A stretch of 64,000 nucleotides of DNA from an uncultured Tenacibaculum sp. (GTDB lineage Bacteria > Bacteroidota > Bacteroidia > Flavobacteriales > Flavobacteriaceae). The position numbers and the translations under genes are program-made. Below the pieces are notes generated by a model. It had not been told where the DNA came from. It was given only the letters and a program-made list of their open reading frames with translations, and made no database searches. Position 1 is the stretch's first letter. Each line of letters starts with the position of its first letter. Positions 59,408 through 64,000 of this stretch are shown here, one piece after another. The DNA lies in the NCBI GenBank assembly GCA_947492185.1, contig CANLMR010000011.1:12002-76001 (forward strand), written 5' to 3'.

Positions 59408-59704
59408 TTAAGTCAAACTTACAACTTTATCCACACTCCAAGCTAGTGGTTTATCGTTAAAAAACACTTTAGTCTCCGCCCAAATATTTTGAAATAATTC
59501 AGAATGTCTGTAATTTTCTAAATCTTCTTCTTTCTCCCAGTAACTGTAAGTAAAAAAGATATTTGGATTGGTTTTATCTCTATATAATTCTAATAAACGG
59601 CATCCGGGAAAGTTTCGTATAAATTCTTTCTTTTTATTAAAGTTGTCTAGAAAAGTTGAGATTTTTTCAGGTTGAAAACTCATTTTCACGATGCGTACAA
59701 ACAT
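59408..59704 (-). CDS. Antibiotic-biosynthesis-monooxygenase (ABM) domain protein
   Basis: FPGCRLLELYRD, FFTYSYW, LENYRHSELF. Confidence 0.85.
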   Translation of the reverse strand: MFVRIVKMSFQPEKISTFLDNFNKKKEFIRNFPGCRLLELYRDKTNPNIFFTYSYWEKEEDLENYRHSELFQNIWAETKVFFNDKPLAWSVDKVVSLT

Positions 59705-59714
59705 AGGTTTAATA

Positions 59715-60572
59715 TTAAATTGTAGTAAAATCTGGTGTATTAGGATTTTTGAATTCTATCGTAATTCTATCTCTGTAATCTAAACCTAGTAATGTTGAAG
59801 CGCCTCCAACTGTTTTTAAATTACTTCTATAAATTGCTATCTCTAAATAATTCGCAGAATTGAATAAAGCTAATTTTTTACCATCAAACTGACGAATATC
59901 TGATGAGTCAAAATTTACAATTTCATTATATTGATAATGAATTTTGTCAAATGTATATCGTCTGGCAGTAACTTTAAATGGTCTGTCTTTTCCAATTTCA
60001 TCAAACATTTTTTTACTGATATTGCTAATTACATTACCATAATTATCAATGTAAATAACGCCTCCAACAATAATTGTTTTTTCTTGGTTAACCTTTGGTT
60101 GAATTTCAACCATTTTTTTAAAAGAACTAATTTCTTTTCCAACTACATCAAGTTTTCCTCCTCTTGTAATAAAACTAGCCACTTTTACAAAAACATCTAA
60201 AACAGGAAAGCTACTTTCTATGTGATTATGAATATTAATCTCAACAATTTTTGAGGGTTTAATTTCTGAAGCAATCATTGAAATAATTCCATTATCAGGA
60301 CAAATAAAATAATGTTCATCTAATAATAAGGCTATATGTTTATTTTGAATGCTTAATTCAGAATCAACACCTACAATATGAATTGTTCCTTTAGGAAAAC
60401 TCTTATATGCATTTTTAAGAATATATGCCGTTTCTGCTGTGTTGAATGGAGTGATTTCATGAGTAATATCAACAATGGTAGCTTCAGGTAACTCTGAATA
60501 AATTGCTCCTTTAACAGCACCAACAAAATGATCCTTAAGGCCAAAATCGGTTGTTAAAGTAATAAGTGCCAT
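59715..60572 (-). CDS. DUF62 / SAM hydrolase-halogenase fold protein
   Basis: ITLTTDFG, VDITHEI, PKGTIH, PDNG, YIDNYGNVISN, NSANYLEIA. Confidence 0.85.
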   Translation of the reverse strand: MALITLTTDFGLKDHFVGAVKGAIYSELPEATIVDITHEITPFNTAETAYILKNAYKSFPKGTIHIVGVDSELSIQNKHIALLLDEHYFICPDNGIISMIASEIKPSKIVEINIHNHIESSFPVLDVFVKVASFITRGGKLDVVGKEISSFKKMVEIQPKVNQEKTIIVGGVIYIDNYGNVISNISKKMFDEIGKDRPFKVTARRYTFDKIHYQYNEIVNFDSSDIRQFDGKKLALFNSANYLEIAIYRSNLKTVGGASTLLGLDYRDRITIEFKNPNTPDFTTI

Positions 60573-60692
60573 TTATACTATATAATTGTTAACTATTTTG
60601 TGAAAAACTCTATTGAAAATTAAGACAAAGCTACATAAATGAATAAAATAATTACTACATTTAAGCATAATAAAATTAAAAAAGCCTAGCAT

Positions 60693-61646
60693 TTGAACGA
60701 AAGAGTAATTGAACTTACAGAAATCAATCCAAAAGAATTCTTTGGTGCTCAAAATAGAACCATCTCACTATTAAAAACTTATTTCCCTAAAATTAAGATT
60801 GTTGCCAGAGGGAATAAACTTAAAATTTATGGTGATCCTGAAATATTAGATGAGTTTGAGACACGATTGGAGAGACTAATAAAATACTATAACCGATATA
60901 ACAAATTAGACGAAAATAGCATAGAACGAATTTTAACTTCTAACGGAAAAGAAGAAGAAGAAAGAAAATTCGGAGATAAAAGCGATATTTTAGTTCATGG
61001 TGTAAGTGGTAAAAGTATAAAGCCGCAAACAGAGAATCAACGAAAAATGGTAAAACTCATGAATGAAAATGATTTGCTATTTGCTGTTGGTCCAGCCGGA
61101 ACAGGAAAAACATATACAGCTGTTGCACTAGCAGTTAAAGCTTTGAAAGAAAAAGAGGTTAGAAGAATAATTCTTACTAGACCAGCAGTTGAATCTGGAG
61201 AGAATTTAGGGTTTCTACCGGGTGATTTAAAAGAAAAATTAGATCCCTATATGCAACCTTTATATGATGCATTGCGAGATATGATTCCTTCTGAAAAGTT
61301 ACAAGTTTATCTTGAAAATGGAACTATACAAATTGCACCATTAGCTTTTATGCGTGGTAGAACATTGGATAATGCTTTTGTGATTTTAGATGAAGCACAA
61401 AATACTACACATGCACAAATGAAAATGTTTTTAACTCGTATGGGTAAGCATGCTAAATTTGTAATTACAGGAGATCCTGGGCAAATAGATTTACCTAGAA
61501 AGCAAGTTTCAGGACTAAAAGAAGCACTACTAGCTTTAAAAAGTATTGAAGGTGTTGGTCAAATTTATTTAGATGATAAAGATGTTGTTCGCCATAGATT
61601 GGTAAAGAAGATTATTAAAGCTTATAAGAGTATTGAAACAGAGTAG
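60693..61646 (+). CDS. phoH: PhoH family ATPase
   Basis: GPAGTGKT, LTRPAVE, GFLPG, RGRT, DEAQN, GDPGQIDL; TTG start. Confidence 0.93.
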   Translation: MNERVIELTEINPKEFFGAQNRTISLLKTYFPKIKIVARGNKLKIYGDPEILDEFETRLERLIKYYNRYNKLDENSIERILTSNGKEEEERKFGDKSDILVHGVSGKSIKPQTENQRKMVKLMNENDLLFAVGPAGTGKTYTAVALAVKALKEKEVRRIILTRPAVESGENLGFLPGDLKEKLDPYMQPLYDALRDMIPSEKLQVYLENGTIQIAPLAFMRGRTLDNAFVILDEAQNTTHAQMKMFLTRMGKHAKFVITGDPGQIDLPRKQVSGLKEALLALKSIEGVGQIYLDDKDVVRHRLVKKIIKAYKSIETE

Positions 61647-61656
61647 GAGTAGTTTT

Positions 61657-62262
61657 ATGTTTAAAAAACTTAGCTTACAAGAGAAATTTTATGTTTTTTA
61701 TATATACTTAATTTTATTAGGTATTGTAAGTGATGCTCTTTTTTATGCGATACTTGGTATTCAGTATTTAAATTATGTCTCTATTTTAGATGCTCTAATT
61801 TCTCCATTTAGTTTATTAACCAATAGCTGGAAGCTAACTTTAATTCTAGCTATAGCTTTTTATTTTGTTTATATATATACAACTAAATGGTCTTATAGAT
61901 TACACAAAAAAAACAGAAATAAAAAATGGTATAATAAGTTTTATGATGTTCAAAAATGGGATAAATTATACCAAGAAATGCAAAAGAAAAAAGATGTGGT
62001 TCCAGGTATGTTATTTTTGTTTTTTGTACTTTTTGTTTCAATGAGATTAGGTATGGGAATAGGTACGAGTCATAAAATAAAAGAAAAGAATGTGGTACCT
62101 AATTATAGTTTAATTTTTAAAAATGAAACAAAAAAAGAGGTAAAACTTATAGGGCAAAACAGTACTTTTTTATTTTATATAGAAAAAGGAGAAAAAGTAA
62201 TTGCAATTACTCCAATATCTGATAACATAATGCAGATAAAAAGAATTCCAAAAAAAGATTAA
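61657..62262 (+). CDS. Hypothetical membrane protein
   Basis: Three hydrophobic segments, LIGQNSTFLFY; start uncertain (61633 or 61657). Confidence 0.65.
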   Translation: MFKKLSLQEKFYVFYIYLILLGIVSDALFYAILGIQYLNYVSILDALISPFSLLTNSWKLTLILAIAFYFVYIYTTKWSYRLHKKNRNKKWYNKFYDVQKWDKLYQEMQKKKDVVPGMLFLFFVLFVSMRLGMGIGTSHKIKEKNVVPNYSLIFKNETKKEVKLIGQNSTFLFYIEKGEKVIAITPISDNIMQIKRIPKKD

Positions 62263-62301
62263 AAAGTTTACTTTTGCGCTTCACAACAACGCAACATAGT
62301 A

Positions 62302-63249
62302 ATGAATACAATTAATAAAACTAATTTTAACTTTCCAGGACAAAAATCTGTATACAAAGGAAAGGTGAGAGAGGTATATAATATAAATGACAATGTTTTA
62401 GTAATGATTGCTTCGGATCGTTTGTCTGCATTCGATGTAATCATGCCTCGCCAAATTCCTTTTAAAGGACAAATCCTCAATCAAATTGCAACTAAAATGA
62501 TGAATGATACATCTGATATTGTTCCAAATTGGTTAGTGGCTAATCCTGATGAAAATGTAGCTATCGGACATTTATGTGAACCTTTTAAAGTAGAAATGGT
62601 TATTAGAGGTTATTTATCTGGCCATGCAGCTCGAGAATATAAAGCAGGTAAGAGAATGCTTTGTGGAGTTGGAATGGTTGAAGGAATGAAAGAAAATGAT
62701 AAATTCCCTGAGCCAATTATAACGCCTTCAACAAAGGCTGATAATGGAGAACATGATGAAGACATTTCCAGACAAGAAATTTTAGCTAAAGGAATTGTTT
62801 CAGAGGAAGATTATTTAGTGCTAGAAGATTATACCAGAAAATTGTTTGCTAGAGGAACTGAAATAGCTGCTAAACGCGGTTTAATTTTAGTGGATACTAA
62901 ATACGAATTTGGTAAAACAAAAGATGGAAAAATTGTATTGATTGATGAAATCCATACACCAGATTCTTCTCGTTATTTCTACGCAGACGGATATACTGAA
63001 AGACAAGAAAAAGGAGAGAAACAAAAGCAATTATCAAAAGAATTTGTTCGTCAATGGTTAATAGAAAATGGATTTCAAGGAAAAGAGGGACAACAAATTC
63101 CTGAAATGAGTGATGAGAAAATTCTAGAAATTTCTAATCGTTATATAGAATTGTATGAGCAAATTACAGGAGAGCAATTTGTAAAAGCAGATACAGATAA
63201 TATTTTAGATAGAATAGAACAAAACGTGATTTCATTTCTTAATGTTTAG
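62302..63249 (+). CDS. purC: SAICAR synthase
   Basis: [45 protein letters not shown]. Confidence 0.96.
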   Translation: MNTINKTNFNFPGQKSVYKGKVREVYNINDNVLVMIASDRLSAFDVIMPRQIPFKGQILNQIATKMMNDTSDIVPNWLVANPDENVAIGHLCEPFKVEMVIRGYLSGHAAREYKAGKRMLCGVGMVEGMKENDKFPEPIITPSTKADNGEHDEDISRQEILAKGIVSEEDYLVLEDYTRKLFARGTEIAAKRGLILVDTKYEFGKTKDGKIVLIDEIHTPDSSRYFYADGYTERQEKGEKQKQLSKEFVRQWLIENGFQGKEGQQIPEMSDEKILEISNRYIELYEQITGEQFVKADTDNILDRIEQNVISFLNV

Positions 63250-63616
63250 TAAGAAATCTATTCGTCCAAACCTAAACTTATCGTTTGGTTCTGAGCGTGA
63301 AAAATTTCAGAACCAAACGTTACGTCCAATTTTAAAACTACAACATAGTATAATAATTTTACTTTTTAAAAATTGGGTAAAAAAATATAAAATAGAATTA
63401 GGTAATCTTTCTAAAGATCATTTTAATCAAATTTTAGAAAACTCATTTTCTAAAAACAATGCTGTTAAAAATAAATTGTTGGGTATTGTTATTGGACAAT
63501 TTACAGATGAAGAGTTTGAAAATTACGATTTAAATTCTTCTGAATATAACAAACGAGTTTTTTCTATGATCAAGAAAAGACTTTTTGATAGCTTTGAAGA
63601 ACTTAAGAAAAATTAG
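63242..63616 (+). CDS. Conserved hypothetical protein
   Basis: [24 protein letters not shown]. Confidence 0.7.
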   Translation: MFSKKSIRPNLNLSFGSEREKFQNQTLRPILKLQHSIIILLFKNWVKKYKIELGNLSKDHFNQILENSFSKNNAVKNKLLGIVIGQFTDEEFENYDLNSSEYNKRVFSMIKKRLFDSFEELKKN

Positions 63617-63621
63617 AATTA

Positions 63622-64000
63622 ATGAAAGCCGCTTCAATTAAAGAATTAAAAGAAGAATTAAAGTATAAAACTTCTGAGGAGTTATTGGAGTTGTGTTTGA
63701 AATTATCTCGATTTAAAAAAGAGAATAAAGAGTTACTTACCTATCATTTATTTGAATCTCAAAATGAAGACAGATACATTGAAACGATAAAAGTTGAGGT
63801 GGATGAGATGTTTAACGAAATAAATACTAAGAGTTTTTTTTACATTAGAAAAAGTGTACGAAAAATTTTAACTTCAATTAAAAAACAAATTAGATACTCG
63901 AAAAAGAAAAGTACAGAGGTTGAATTGTTATTATACTTCTGTTTAAAATTGAAAAACTTTAAACCTTCTATAAAAAGAAGTCCAAGACTTGAAAACGTTT
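63622..64000 (+). CDS. Conserved hypothetical protein, truncated by the window end
   Basis: Own translation MKAASIKELKEEL...LSRFKKENKELLTYHLFE...; open to the end. Confidence 0.75.
   Translation, partial: MKAASIKELKEELKYKTSEELLELCLKLSRFKKENKELLTYHLFESQNEDRYIETIKVEVDEMFNEINTKSFFYIRKSVRKILTSIKKQIRYSKKKSTEVELLLYFCLKLKNFKPSIKRSPRLENV

Noticed and set aside
59715-60572. Marine chlorinase/fluorinase
   Set aside because: Halogenase-type loop residues not seen and no secondary-metabolite genes nearby
1-64000. tRNA, rRNA, CRISPR array, prophage, IS transposase, defence system
   Set aside because: No cloverleaf or GC-rich RNA stretch, repeat-spacer array, integrase, transposase or nuclease ORF seen on either strand

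Overview
AT-rich chromosomal window (about 30% GC by eye) from a marine Flavobacteriaceae bacterium, most like Tenacibaculum/Polaribacter (gldF/gldG, TAnnTTTG promoters, zapA-6S-rny). It is mostly core genome: csaA (partial), PPIases, prfC, idi-queD-manA, kdsB, meaB, cysS-yidD-lgt, TBDR-M23, zapA-6S RNA-rny, deaD, ABC-F, oxyR, gldFG, phoH, purC. No rRNA, tRNA, CRISPR, prophage or transposase was seen. Features missing from the ORF track: a TonB-like gene broken by one in-frame TAA (2064-2735), a 24-33 codon T9SS C-terminal-domain remnant, a CGTC-type REP doublet, a 57-aa secreted micro-peptide gene, a 34-aa membrane peptide in front of a sodium:solute symporter, a 6S-Flavo RNA, two matching TetR operators and several 11-bp-period direct repeats. 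The two best candidates for undescribed systems are both inferences: (1) a Sec-type PhoX lipoprotein co-encoded with an EfeO/imelysin-like + di-heme peroxidase fusion, divergent from oxyR (47976-51305), and (2) a micro-peptide precursor next to a periplasmic-TPR/TM/LuxR-like regulator, followed by a direct-repeat site and a small ORF (26611-29111). All annotations come from motif recognition only; no database searches were run.
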